In this document: positions 30,860 to 40,910 of the stretch, in pieces
Layout: each line of letters opens with the position of its first letter
Position numbering within the stretch: position 1 is the stretch's first letter
From: Acidimicrobiia bacterium
GTDB lineage: Bacteria > Actinomycetota > Acidimicrobiia > Spongiisociales > ZC4RG35
Assembly: GCA_041742825.1 (NCBI GenBank)
Contig: JBGTNX010000045.1
Location: 14,465 to 78,464 of the forward strand
DNA: 64,000 nt
Direction of reading: 5' to 3'
The notes under the pieces: generated by a model
What the model was told of the DNA's origin: nothing
What the model saw: only the letters and a program-made list of their open reading frames with translations
Databases searched by the model: none
Translations under genes and position numbers: made by a program

Positions 30860-32368
30860 TTATCGTTTCAGGTCGGGATCGGTCTGGTTGGCCCGGATCC
30901 GGATGGTGAACGCAGAATCGCCCGAGAGCACACCTCCGCGCCCGAACAACCGCCCGTATTGCCAGTTGGAAAGCCCGAGTTCGGGACGATCCAGAGCGTA
31001 TTGGCCGTCTACCCAGCGGGTGAACCCGTTGGAGACGAATGGTGAATCGACCGTGTCGTAGAACACCTGGTGCTCATCGGTGTCCGAGGAGATCAGACTG
31101 GCTGCGAACCGGGGGCTCTGGGTGTTGAAGAGAGAGACTGCGTCGTCCACGCTGTCGACGATCTCGAGGGTCACCTCTGGGCTCTCCTCCCATTCCCACT
31201 CCACGCCGAGGTCGTCTTCAGCGATCGTCTCGGTCTGCGGTTCGGTTCGCACACCATCACCTCTGACGATCTCAGCCTGTGAGCGCCATTCTTCGGGGAT
31301 GAACTCCAGGGCCCGCTCGGTGGCATGGAGCTTTGAGGCAACCCCTCGCCGATCTCCCGCCGCCTCGAGCGCAGCGAGGAATACCGGCACCAATTCCCCG
31401 GCTCGGCCGGCGACGATGCAGCAGGTGTTCAGGGTGTTGCAGACCTTGCGGTCGAGGGAGTTGAGGACGGTTCTTCCGAACCAGTCGGAGTCAGCGGAGT
31501 TCGCGGCGACGATCCAGGCACCACCGGTTCCGTGCAGACTGACCGGAGTCCCCGCTTGGCGGGCAACGCCGCCGAGTTGTGAGACCGCCGTTCCCGAACC
31601 GCGCGCGACGGCCAGAGCAAGCCTCTGATCGTCGAACATCGCCCACCCGGCCGCGCGCGATGGGGAAGCCAGCAAAGACGCGGCCCCCGGGGGGAGCCCG
31701 CTCTCCGCCAGTGCCGGGACAAGGGCCTGTTCCATGATGGCAACTGCTGTTCCGAGAGCATCACTGCCGATTCGAAAGACGACGGTGTTTCCCGAGCGGA
31801 GCACGCCGGTGGCGTCGGCAAAAACGTTCGGGCGCCCTTCGAATACGAACCCGATCACCCCGAGCCCGGAGCGGACCAGATCCACCGACCAACCATCGTG
31901 TTCGACATGCTCGGTGACCTGGCCCCGGCCACCTTCGGTGACGGCCCAACTTCGCAAGCCTTCGATCATGTCTCGCCGCATCCGGTCGTCGAGGACGAGA
32001 CGGGTGGAAGACCGACCGCGGGCCTTGGCCCCCTCGACGTCGGTGGCGTTGGCAGCGGCGATCGCTGCGAACGCGGTGTCATCAGAAAGACGGTCGGCAA
32101 AGAATTTGTAGAAATCCGAGATCTGTTGGTCGGTGATCCGGCCCATCTCCTGGAAGGCGTCGGCAGAAGCTTTGACCGCGTTTGACGAAATCAGAAGGAC
32201 CTCGGAGGGTATATGGAGAAGGTCGCCGCTGTCCTGGGCGACGATCACCCGGTCTCCGGGGCGGAACGCGTCGGCGAGCTCCTGGGTGACATAGGTGATC
32301 CGGTCTCCAGCGAAGATCACCGGCATCCCGGCCTTTAACTCACGTAGTGTCTCGATCCCGTCCCGCAT
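30860..32368 (-). CDS. proA: Glutamate-5-semialdehyde dehydrogenase (ProA) with about 75-aa N-terminal extension
   Basis: ALDH-fold ProA motifs (VIGFVFEGRPNVFADA, KVCNTLNTCCIVAG). The ProA-like N-terminus begins at the internal MGRITDQQ. Confidence 0.8.
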   Translation of the reverse strand: MRDGIETLRELKAGMPVIFAGDRITYVTQELADAFRPGDRVIVAQDSGDLLHIPSEVLLISSNAVKASADAFQEMGRITDQQISDFYKFFADRLSDDTAFAAIAAANATDVEGAKARGRSSTRLVLDDRMRRDMIEGLRSWAVTEGGRGQVTEHVEHDGWSVDLVRSGLGVIGFVFEGRPNVFADATGVLRSGNTVVFRIGSDALGTAVAIMEQALVPALAESGLPPGAASLLASPSRAAGWAMFDDQRLALAVARGSGTAVSQLGGVARQAGTPVSLHGTGGAWIVAANSADSDWFGRTVLNSLDRKVCNTLNTCCIVAGRAGELVPVFLAALEAAGDRRGVASKLHATERALEFIPEEWRSQAEIVRGDGVRTEPQTETIAEDDLGVEWEWEESPEVTLEIVDSVDDAVSLFNTQSPRFAASLISSDTDEHQVFYDTVDSPFVSNGFTRWVDGQYALDRPELGLSNWQYGRLFGRGGVLSGDSAFTIRIRANQTDPDLKR

Positions 32369-32381
32369 ATTTCCAGGCTAC

Positions 32382-33482
32382 CTACACCAGGACCACGAGG
32401 TCATCGCGGTGAATGACTGCCCCGCCGGCGAGTTCTGAGTGTTTCCCGGCGACCTCCCGGATCGAGGACGAGCCGAGGCGGGCGAGACCCTTGGCGATTG
32501 TGTTGCCCTGTCCATCGTTGACGACGACTGCGTCTCCGGCGACGAAGGTGCCCTCGATCTCTCTTATCCCGACTGCGAGCAGGCTCCTCCCGTTCACGGA
32601 TATCGCTTCGACGGCTCCGTCGTCGATGATTACCTCGCCGCGTGAGGGGACGCCGAAGGCGATCCAGAGTTTGCGAGCCGACAATCCCGAGGGTCGCGGG
32701 GCGATCCAGGTTCCGATCTCTTCGCCTCGTAAAGTCAGCTCGACAGCCTCGGCGATCGAGGCGTCGGCGATGACGGTCGGCACCCCGGACCATGCTGCCA
32801 TCCGTGCTGCGGCGATCTTGGTGGCGACACCTCCCGACCCGAATCCACCTCTGGTTGTTGCCTTGTAGAGCCCATCGAGCACCGCGTCGTTGTGTTGGAC
32901 AGCGCTGAGGAGCTCAGCCGAATCGTTGACCCGCGGGTCCTCAGAGAAGAGTCCAGCCGTGTCAGTGAGGATTATCAAGATCGCGGCTTCGACCAGGTGG
33001 CAGACGAGAGCCGCCAGTCGATCGTTGTCACCGAAGCGGAGTTCGTCGACTGTGACCGTGTCGTTCTCGTTTACGACGGGCACCACTCCGAGTTCGAGCA
33101 TCCGACTGATGGCTTCTCTCGCATGCAGGTATTGGGTCCGGTTGGCCAGCACATCCCGGGTAAGCAAGACCTGACCGACCACCATCTCGTGTTCGGCAAA
33201 CGCGGCGGCATAATGGTGCATGAGAAGCCCCTGTCCAACCGATGCAGCCGCCTGGAGCCCGGGTAGATCGGAGGGTCGGGTCGTCATTCTCAGTGAGGGC
33301 AGCCCTGCGGCGACCGCTCCGGAGGAAACCAATAGTGGTTTGTATCCGGCTGCCGACGCGGCCACCACCTGGCGGACTGTTCGCTGCAGGCTTTCTCCGT
33401 CGATTCCACCCGCGGCCCGGGCGAGGCTCGACGAGCCGACTTTGATGACGACGCATCTTCCCGTTTCGGCTGGAATTCTCAA
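32382..33482 (-). CDS. proB: Glutamate 5-kinase (ProB) with C-terminal PUA domain
   Basis: AAK-family N-terminus (VVIKVGSSSL). PUA tail. Confidence 0.9.
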   Translation of the reverse strand: MRIPAETGRCVVIKVGSSSLARAAGGIDGESLQRTVRQVVAASAAGYKPLLVSSGAVAAGLPSLRMTTRPSDLPGLQAAASVGQGLLMHHYAAAFAEHEMVVGQVLLTRDVLANRTQYLHAREAISRMLELGVVPVVNENDTVTVDELRFGDNDRLAALVCHLVEAAILIILTDTAGLFSEDPRVNDSAELLSAVQHNDAVLDGLYKATTRGGFGSGGVATKIAAARMAAWSGVPTVIADASIAEAVELTLRGEEIGTWIAPRPSGLSARKLWIAFGVPSRGEVIIDDGAVEAISVNGRSLLAVGIREIEGTFVAGDAVVVNDGQGNTIAKGLARLGSSSIREVAGKHSELAGGAVIHRDDLVVLV

Positions 33483-33579
33483 ATTTCGCTTTCTTCTTCG
33501 ATCTGGTGGCTCACGATCCTACGTGACCCCGCGGCCTCGCCTGACGATGTCCAGATTTTGATGAACGGGTCGTAGAGTT

Positions 33580-34809
33580 GTGCGCTGCCCGGGCCGGCCC
33601 TGTCCTGGCCAAAGGGAGGAGGAGGCCATCGGACAAGAACACGACGCAGCGGTTGTCACCCGGACCATCCCGGGGCTGATTGTCGTCTCCGCCAGCCTTG
33701 TTCTCGCAGCGCTACCTGTATTCCTGGTTGGGGGTCTGGCCGTCCAGATCCGACAGGATCTCGGGTTCGGCGAGTCGGCGCTTGGTGCCGCGGTGACAAT
33801 CGGCTTTGCCGCAGGGGCGCTGGCCTCCCCGTTCGGGGGTCGAATTGCAGACCGGTTGGGCCCGCGCACCTCCCTCTACACCGGAGCGGTCCTGGCTGTA
33901 GTTGCGTTACTCGGCATCGGGTTGGTCGCCGACACCTGGGGAATCCTCGTGCTCTTCCTCATTGTGACCGGATTGGCGCTTGCCGTCACCGATCCCGGGT
34001 TGGCAATTCTGGTCGGTCGAGCGATCCGTCCCCACCGGCAGGGCCTCGCTTTCGGGATCAAAGAGGCGTCGATCCCGGCCGCCGCGCTTGTCGCTGGGCT
34101 TGCCGTCCCGGCGATTGCACTCACCGTCGGTTGGAGGTGGGCGTTCGGGCTCGGATTGGTGCCATTGCTCCTGATCGTCTTCCTTCTTCCCAGGGTGGTG
34201 AGGGATTCTGATCCGCCTTCCCCGGTGCCAGATCAGGGGGCCGAAGCTGCGGTTGGCACGTCGCGAAGACGAGCGATCGTTCTCTCGGCAATTGCAGCTG
34301 CCTTGGGCACAGCCGCGGCAAGTGGCGTCGGGGTGTTTCTGACGGAGAGCGCGGTGGCGATGGGGCTGACACAGGGGAATGCCGGCTTTCTTCTCGCAGC
34401 TGGGAGCGTGGCAGGGATCGTTGCGCGGATCAGTGCCGGGGTGGCCGCCGATCGGACCGGTGGGCCCCAGTTCAAGCTGATTTCGATCATGCTTGTCGTC
34501 GGGGCGGTGACCATGGCTCTCGGAGGGACGGGAAGCACTGCTTTCCTGGTAGTAGGGACAATCGGGGCATTTACGGGAGGCTGGGCGTGGACCGGGATCT
34601 TCTTCCTTTCCTTGATCAAATCCAGCCCCGCCACCCCTGGCGCTGTGGCCGGTATCGGGTCTTTCAGCCTCGGCGTCGGCAATGCCTCCGGCCCCCTGCT
34701 CTTCGGGCTGGTCGCAGAGAACGCATCCTTCGCCGCCGCCTGGCTCGTCGCCGGGATTGCCGCCGGAATCGGGGCCATTTTCATGGCAGCGGCGCATCGC
34801 GAGCGCTGA
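33580..34809 (+). CDS. MFS transporter
   Basis: 12 TM. Motif A FGGRIADRLGPRTSL. Confidence 0.75.
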   Translation: MRCPGRPCPGQREEEAIGQEHDAAVVTRTIPGLIVVSASLVLAALPVFLVGGLAVQIRQDLGFGESALGAAVTIGFAAGALASPFGGRIADRLGPRTSLYTGAVLAVVALLGIGLVADTWGILVLFLIVTGLALAVTDPGLAILVGRAIRPHRQGLAFGIKEASIPAAALVAGLAVPAIALTVGWRWAFGLGLVPLLLIVFLLPRVVRDSDPPSPVPDQGAEAAVGTSRRRAIVLSAIAAALGTAAASGVGVFLTESAVAMGLTQGNAGFLLAAGSVAGIVARISAGVAADRTGGPQFKLISIMLVVGAVTMALGGTGSTAFLVVGTIGAFTGGWAWTGIFFLSLIKSSPATPGAVAGIGSFSLGVGNASGPLLFGLVAENASFAAAWLVAGIAAGIGAIFMAAAHRER

Positions 34810-34831
34810 TTGGCGTGCTAAACACCGTGGT

Positions 34832-35605
34832 ATGAGGCTCGAGGGCACTCCAATTGTCGTCACCGGCGCCACCGGGATCGCCCGCGCCGGAGCAGAGCGG
34901 CTCACCGCAGCGGGTGCGCGGGTCTTCGTCATCTCGATCGAAGAGTCCGAATGCGAAGCTCTCGCCGCTGAAATTCCGGTCGCCGGCTGGGTCGCAGCCG
35001 ATCTCACTGATGAGGACGCGGCAGTGGAGGCGATGGGTCGGGCCGGGGAAGCCCTTGGAACGATCCGGGGGCTATTCGCCGTGGCGGGTGGGAGCGGACG
35101 GAAGCTCGGAGACGGGCCAATCGATGAAGTCGAGCTAGCTGGATGGAGAGCAACCCTCGACCTCAACCTGACCACCTCTTTTCTCGCCGCCCGCGAAGCC
35201 GTCCGGTCGATGCTGGCGACAAGGGCCGGAGGGTCGATAGTTCTGGTGAGCAGTGTGCTGGCGACTTCTCCGGTGGCGGGTCTCTTCTCGACCCACGCCT
35301 ACGCGGCGGCCAAGGGTGCGCAGGTGTCATTGGCCCGGGCAATGGCGGCCCACTACAGTGCCGACGGCATCAGGGTGAACGTGATTGCTCCCGGCCTCGT
35401 CGCGACTCCAATGTCGGTCCGCGCCCAGGGAGACCCCGAGATAGTCGGTTTTGCTGGGGCCAAACAGCCCCTATCCGGCGGGTTTCTCCAACCTGACGAT
35501 GTCGCCGACGCCGCGGTGTTCCTGCTCTCTGACGAGGCGCGTCACATCAGTGGCCAGGTTCTCGGGGTCGACGGGGGCTGGAGCGTCTCAGGGGTAACCC
35601 CATGA
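34832..35605 (+). CDS. SDR-family oxidoreductase
   Basis: TGATGIARAG dinucleotide motif. YAAAK catalytic motif. The start is trimmed to an internal ATG (MRLEGTPIVV). Confidence 0.85.
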   Translation: MRLEGTPIVVTGATGIARAGAERLTAAGARVFVISIEESECEALAAEIPVAGWVAADLTDEDAAVEAMGRAGEALGTIRGLFAVAGGSGRKLGDGPIDEVELAGWRATLDLNLTTSFLAAREAVRSMLATRAGGSIVLVSSVLATSPVAGLFSTHAYAAAKGAQVSLARAMAAHYSADGIRVNVIAPGLVATPMSVRAQGDPEIVGFAGAKQPLSGGFLQPDDVADAAVFLLSDEARHISGQVLGVDGGWSVSGVTP

Positions 35606-36201
35606 TTCTCCCTGCGGTGATACTCGACCAGAAGGTGATCCCTGTCGTCCGCGGCCTCACCGTTGCGCGGGCGCTCCCTCTGGTAGAAGCCCTGTCCGAA
35701 GGCGGGATCAACTCCCTCGAGGTGACGATGGAGTCCAGTGGGGCGGTAGCAGCAATCCTCGAACTAGCCGACAGTGGAGCAGTCGTTGGCGCCGGAACGG
35801 TGATGACAATCGAGGGGGCCAGGTCGGCGATCGATGCCGGTGCCACCTTCCTGGTCTCTCCCCATTTCGACCCCTATCTCGTCGAGTGGGCACTGGAAGC
35901 GGGCGTGGCCCACCTGCCCGGGGTACTGACACCCACCGAAGCGGCCTCGGCGATGAGCATGGGGGTCACAACGGTCAAGCTCTTTCCTGCCGGCCCTGGT
36001 GGTCCGGACCTGATCCGGGCTCTCCATGGGCCATTCCCGGAACTGCGTATCGTTCCGACCGGTGGGATCTCCGCCAGCAATGCCGCTGAGTTCATCGCCG
36101 CAGGGGCAATCGCGGTTGGCGTGGGAAGCTGGCTCACCGGGGCCGAGGCCTCCGCTGAAATCACCAGCCGGGCCAGCCAACTCCGAGCCGCCGTCGGTTG
36201 A
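35602..36201 (+). CDS. eda: KDPG/KHG aldolase
   Basis: Class I aldolase TIM-barrel. Motifs GINSLEVT and KLFPA. Confidence 0.85.
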   Translation: MILPAVILDQKVIPVVRGLTVARALPLVEALSEGGINSLEVTMESSGAVAAILELADSGAVVGAGTVMTIEGARSAIDAGATFLVSPHFDPYLVEWALEAGVAHLPGVLTPTEAASAMSMGVTTVKLFPAGPGGPDLIRALHGPFPELRIVPTGGISASNAAEFIAAGAIAVGVGSWLTGAEASAEITSRASQLRAAVG

Positions 36202-36212
36202 ATATCCAGGAG

Positions 36213-36224
36213 TTGTCTAGACAA
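36213..36224. promoter_or_regulatory. dre-like palindromic operator TTGTCTAGACAA upstream of deoC
   Basis: Perfect 12-bp palindrome. Member of the 4-site family. Confidence 0.5.
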
Positions 36225-36252
36225 CTTACCTTCGACCTGTCAGACTGAACCG

Positions 36253-36957
36253 ATGCATCCTGAAAGTCTCACGGTCCACGACGTCACATACGAGCAGGTC
36301 GCCGGCACCATCGACCACTCCCTGCTCAGACCGGAACTAACGCTCGACACGGTTCTCGAAGGTTGTGATCTTGCGGACCGATACCAGGTGGTCTCGGTGT
36401 GCGCTCGTCCCGCCGATGTTCCATTGGTCGCCGAGAGGCTTGCCGCTTCGACGGTTGCCGTTGGAACGGTAATTGGCTTCCCCCACGGATCCTCTGCCAC
36501 TGTGATCAAGGCCCGCGAGGCCGAGCAGGCAATGAGCGACGGGGCGGTCGAGCTCGACATGGTGCTCAACATCGGTTGGCTCCTCTCGGGCGAGTTCGCC
36601 AGGGTCGAGGAGGACATCAAGGCCGTGGTCGATGTCGCCGGCGACGACGCCTTGGTCAAGGTGATCCTGGAGAACGCGTACCTGAGCGACGAACAGAAGG
36701 TGAAGGGTTGTCAGTTGGTCGAGGCTGCCGGCGGCCATTACGTAAAGACCTCCACCGGGTTTGCGGCGAGTGGGGCAACCATCGCCGACCTCGAGCTGAT
36801 GCGGGCCAGCGTCGGGCCAAATATCTCAGTAAAGGCTGCCGCTGGTGTCAGAACCCTCGATGCGCTCCTTGCTGTGATGGAGGCGGGGGCAACCCGTTGT
36901 GGAGCTACCCAGACCGCAGCGATGCTCGACGACTACCGGGAGCGAACCTCCGCCTGA
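36253..36957 (+). CDS. deoC: Deoxyribose-phosphate aldolase
   Basis: DeoC motifs (VKVILE, YVKTSTGF). Confidence 0.9.
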   Translation: MHPESLTVHDVTYEQVAGTIDHSLLRPELTLDTVLEGCDLADRYQVVSVCARPADVPLVAERLAASTVAVGTVIGFPHGSSATVIKAREAEQAMSDGAVELDMVLNIGWLLSGEFARVEEDIKAVVDVAGDDALVKVILENAYLSDEQKVKGCQLVEAAGGHYVKTSTGFAASGATIADLELMRASVGPNISVKAAAGVRTLDALLAVMEAGATRCGATQTAAMLDDYRERTSA

Positions 36958-37874
36958 TCATCGGTGAACCGATCGATCCCGATCTGAGTCATCCCGGCGA
37001 GGCCGGCCCCGATCGCCCCGGCCGCAGCGCCGAGGTCGGCGAGTAACACTTCGACCCGCTCGATTGGGACGAGTGTCACCCGCTGCTGCAGCGACCTCCG
37101 TACCGGGTCGAGCAGGAGGTCCCCGGCACGGGCGATACCACCTCCGATCACAATCCGCTCCGGTCCGAGAATCGTGACGACGTTGGCCAGGGCGATGCCC
37201 AGATACATCGCAACTTCGGCGATCGCCTCTTGGGATCGCACGTCACCGTTTGCCGCGGCTTCATAGGCCTCCTCGGCCGTGTCCTTTCCGGCAAGGTCGG
37301 CGAGGACTCCTGCCTTCGTCAGCGACTCGACACATCCCCTGTTGCCACACCCGCAGAGAGGGCCGTCGGGAAGGATTGTCTGGTGGCCGATCTCCCCTGC
37401 GGTGCCGAATGCGCCGAGATGCAGCCTTCCGTCCACAGTGATCCCGCCACCGACGCCTGTCCCGAGGACCATCGCCACCATGATCCGACATCCCCGACCT
37501 GCACCAAGGTTGCCTTCGGCGAGGGTGAAGGCCCTGGCGTCGTTGATCATCGTCACCGTCTGGCCCAGGCCCTCGCTCACCCGGCTGCCCAGGGGATGTC
37601 CCTTCCAGCGTCCCGGGAGGTTGGGAAACAGGGTGACATCTCCAGACCCGGTGTCGTAGAGTCCGGGGACTCCAAGGCCCACCGAATCGAAATGCCCGTG
37701 GGTGGCGCCTGCAGCCCGGCCGGCTTCGATAAGCCGGGCGGTGACCGCGTCCGGCCCGCCTGCCGCTGCGGTTGTGAGCGTCTCGTCAGAGACGACCCTG
37801 GTGTCGCCATCATGTTCGAGGATGACGACTTTGATGTTTGTCCCCCCGAGGTCGAGACCGAGGTGAAGACTCAT
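36933..37874 (-). CDS. ROK-family sugar kinase (glucokinase-like)
   Basis: LGLDLGGTNIKV ATP motif. ROK zinc motif CGCGNRGCVE. Confidence 0.8.
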   Translation of the reverse strand: MSLHLGLDLGGTNIKVVILEHDGDTRVVSDETLTTAAAGGPDAVTARLIEAGRAAGATHGHFDSVGLGVPGLYDTGSGDVTLFPNLPGRWKGHPLGSRVSEGLGQTVTMINDARAFTLAEGNLGAGRGCRIMVAMVLGTGVGGGITVDGRLHLGAFGTAGEIGHQTILPDGPLCGCGNRGCVESLTKAGVLADLAGKDTAEEAYEAAANGDVRSQEAIAEVAMYLGIALANVVTILGPERIVIGGGIARAGDLLLDPVRRSLQQRVTLVPIERVEVLLADLGAAAGAIGAGLAGMTQIGIDRFTDDQAEVRSR

Positions 37875-38599
37875 CCCGTCTCCTCTTCGCCTCGGTACAT
37901 CACCGCTTCGAACGCATACCGGTCGGCGACGTAGCAGGTGACCGTGTGTTCGAGGGCAACGCCGTCCTGATCCCAGATGATCCGATCCTCGCAGAGGAGA
38001 ACGTCCGAACTCGAGGTCAACTTCAGTAGATCGCGCTCACGTTTGGTGGCGCGGCGGGCCGTCACCTCGGCAAGCGCCCGCGTCGGGGTGTGGCCGGCAT
38101 CCTCGAATGCGGCGTGCAGGGAGCCTTGATCCACGTTCTTCTCGAGCGAAGAAACGAGAGATACGGGCATGATTGCCCGTTCGACGGCCATGGGGGTTCC
38201 GTCGGCGAGTCTGAGGCGCTCCAGCATGTACGCAGGATCGGAGGGCCTGAGCCCGAGACTCGCTCGTTCCAGATCGGAGGGCTGGATCTGTCGCCGCTCC
38301 AGCAGCTGGGATGATGCGGTCATCCCGCGCCGTTTCATTGACTCGGTGAAGGAGAGTGGTGAGCCGAGTAGGCGGGGGACCCGGCGCGGAGCTACAAACG
38401 TTCCCGCGCCCCTCTTGCGCAGTATGAGATCTTCCGCCGTGAGTACTTGCACCGCTTGCCGCGCCGTCATCCGCGAGACCCCGAACCGGTCGCAAAGCTC
38501 CGCGTCGGAGGGCAGCCGGTCACCCGGTTCGGAGTTGGCGATCAGGCTCCGCAGGTACTCCGCAATTTGCTCGTAACGAGGTGGATTGCGGTCGGTCAT
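37871..38599 (-). CDS. GntR/HutC-family transcriptional regulator (DasR/NagR-like; UTRA effector domain)
   Basis: N-terminal winged HTH (PSDAELCDRFGVSRMTARQAV) plus UTRA domain. Confidence 0.85.
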   Translation of the reverse strand: MTDRNPPRYEQIAEYLRSLIANSEPGDRLPSDAELCDRFGVSRMTARQAVQVLTAEDLILRKRGAGTFVAPRRVPRLLGSPLSFTESMKRRGMTASSQLLERRQIQPSDLERASLGLRPSDPAYMLERLRLADGTPMAVERAIMPVSLVSSLEKNVDQGSLHAAFEDAGHTPTRALAEVTARRATKRERDLLKLTSSSDVLLCEDRIIWDQDGVALEHTVTCYVADRYAFEAVMYRGEEETG

Positions 38600-38666
38600 C
38601 GATCAGTTACACACATTTCGAAATTGATCTTGGTCGTTTTGTCTGCTCCATGAAGCCATCAGCTCG

Positions 38667-38684
38667 CAAATGTATATACATTTG
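38667..38684. promoter_or_regulatory. 18-bp perfect palindrome CAAATGTATATACATTTG in gntR/SIS divergent promoter
   Basis: Lies between the divergent GntR (38599) and SIS (38690) starts. Related to the TGTCTAGACA core. Confidence 0.5.
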
Positions 38685-38689
38685 GCACA

Positions 38690-39511
38690 ATGACAACTAT
38701 GGATGAGACCCCGCGAGGCAATGCGAGTGGAAAGTGGATCGACGAGGCACGGAAATTGCTCGATCGGCTAGCTGCAACACAGATGAACACGATCGGAGCG
38801 GTTGCCGGGTGGTGTGCCGATGCGATTCAGGGCGGCGGCCTGGTTCACCTCTTCGGCTCCGGCCATTCCCGTATCCCACTCGAGGAGATGTTTCCCCGCT
38901 ACGGATCGTTCCCTGGCTTCCACCCGATGGCGGAGCTGTCGATGACCTTTCACACCGAGGTCGTTGGCACCAACGGCCAACGGCAGGCGATGTTCATCGA
39001 GCGAATTCCCGGGCTGGCGGAGGTGATCCTCTCCAACTACGAATTCGGGGACGCCGATGTGATGATTGTGTTCAGTTCCTCGGGACGGTCTGCGGTACCG
39101 GTGGAGATGGCAATCGGGGCTGCCGAGCGAGGGATGAAGGTTGTGGCGGTCACATCAGTCGCCGAGTCGATGGCATCGTCGCCCACACACCAATCGGGAA
39201 CCCGGCTGCTCGACCATGCCGACGCCGTGATTGACATCGGCACGCCGGCCGGTGACGCCCTGATCCGCCTGAAAGGCCTTGCCCACCCGGTCGGACCGGG
39301 TTCCACCCTTGCCAATGTCGCAGTCGTCAACGAAGTCAAGGTTCAGGTTGCAGAGCTTCTCCTGGCGAGGGGGTTCACCCCGACCGTATTGACCAGCGGC
39401 TCGCTGGTGGGGGAGGCAGAGTCTCGTGATCTCTTCGATCGAGCCTACGGCGAATACGCCCATGACCTCGCCAGGGTGCTCGACAGGGGCGAGCGGGGAC
39501 GACCGGCGTAG
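38690..39511 (+). CDS. SIS-domain protein (UPF0309-like sugar phosphate isomerase/binding)
   Basis: SIS-fold motifs (HLFGSGHS, VMIVFSSSGRS). Confidence 0.7.
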   Translation: MTTMDETPRGNASGKWIDEARKLLDRLAATQMNTIGAVAGWCADAIQGGGLVHLFGSGHSRIPLEEMFPRYGSFPGFHPMAELSMTFHTEVVGTNGQRQAMFIERIPGLAEVILSNYEFGDADVMIVFSSSGRSAVPVEMAIGAAERGMKVVAVTSVAESMASSPTHQSGTRLLDHADAVIDIGTPAGDALIRLKGLAHPVGPGSTLANVAVVNEVKVQVAELLLARGFTPTVLTSGSLVGEAESRDLFDRAYGEYAHDLARVLDRGERGRPA

Positions 39512-39528
39512 CCACGGCACTTTCCAGG

Positions 39529-39540
39529 TTGTCTATACAA
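39529..39540. promoter_or_regulatory. dre-like operator TTGTCTATACAA upstream of ROK regulator/ABC operon
   Basis: Lies in an AT-rich (about 42% GC) leader that the ORF track mis-assigns as coding. Confidence 0.45.
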
Positions 39541-39599
39541 AATCATAAGTTGGCTACTTATGCCGTTGACAGCTTCAAAAGTCTCTGGCATGCTGGCAA

Positions 39600-40803
39600 A
39601 ACTGTGGAGAATCGATTAGGTCTGCTCGGGTCTGATTCAGACTCACCTGGTGATCTCCTCCGGTTGATCCGGAGCGGCCGTGCCCGCACCCGTGGTGAAT
39701 TGGTTGCTGCCACCGGGCTGGCGCGGTCCACCGTCGCCCAGCGAATCGAAGGGCTGATGACCGCGGGACTGGTCGTCGAAGTCGGCGGCGCCCCTTCTAC
39801 CGGTGGCCGACCTCCCTCCCTCCTCGGGTTCAACGGCGACGCCGGTCTCGTCTTTGCCGCAGATCTCGGTGCTACCCACTCCCGGGTCGCGGTTGCGGAC
39901 CTCGGTGCCGAGCCACTCGCCGAGGTCGAAGCCGACCTGGATATCAATGACGGTCCTGAGGTGGTGCTCGGTTGGCTGGATGAGACGTTCACGCAACTAC
40001 TCGCAACGGTTGGCCGCCCGGTTACCGACCTGATGGGCATCGGGATCGGCGTGCCCGGGCCCGTCGACTTCGATCGAGGTGTCGCCGTGAACCCGCCGAT
40101 CATGGCCGGCTGGCACGAGTACCGCATCGCAAAGCAATTCCGGCAGATGTATGACGTGCCGGTGCTGGTCGACAACGACGTCAATATCATGGCGCTCGGG
40201 GAGTACTGGGTGATGGAGCCCCGGGTCGACGACTTCGTCTTCATCAAAGTGGGCACCGGTATCGGTTCGGGTCTCATCCTCGGTGGCCGCCTCCAGCGCG
40301 GTGCAGACGGTGCGGCGGGCGACATCGGCCACGTTCAGACCACAACCGACGACGTGGTGTGCCGATGCGGGAACACGGGATGCCTCGAAGCCTCGGCAGG
40401 TGGCGCTGCTCTCGCCGCCCGCCTCAGAGAACTCGGGCACGAAGCCCGGCGGAGCATCGACGTCACCGACCTGGTCGAACAGGGGAACAAAGACGCGATC
40501 GTGGCCGTCCGGGAGGCGGGCCGGTTGATCGGGAGCGTGGTCGCATCTCTCGTCAACCTGCTCAACCCGACTCTGATAATGATCGGCGGCAATGTGGCCC
40601 GGGCCGAACAACACCTCATCGCCGGCGTCCGCGAGGTTGTGTACAGCCGTTCGACCACCCTGAGCACAACCAACCTCCAGATCACCGGGTCGACACTCGG
40701 CGATCGCGCCGGAGTCATCGGGGCCGCGGCCCTCGTGATCGACCATTTGCTCACACCCGGGGCCATCGACCTCGTGCTCGAGAAGGCGGTCGTCAGTGCC
40801 TGA
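39600..40803 (+). CDS. ROK-family transcriptional regulator (start uncertain, 39600-39655)
   Basis: N-terminal HTH ([21 protein letters not shown]). ROK motif [11 protein letters not shown]. The ORF-track start at 39529 lies in the low-GC promoter. Confidence 0.75.
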
Positions 40804-40910
40804 TGAGATTTCAAGCGAGCTTCCCTCGGGCGGTGCCCAACACCGCCGTCAAGCGGGAACAAACAAAAAGACAAGTGCCGCAACGGGCGGCAGAAGATAG
40901 AGGAGGAAAG

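Noticed and set aside
33907-35175. 422-aa minus-strand ORF
   Set aside because: Antisense to the MFS and SDR genes. Arg/Pro-rich junk translation.
40359-40910. 5' 184 codons of ORF 40359..41966 (Arg-rich)
   Set aside because: Overlaps the ROK regulator in another frame. The real SBP starts at ATG 40911, which has a strong RBS and a signal peptide.
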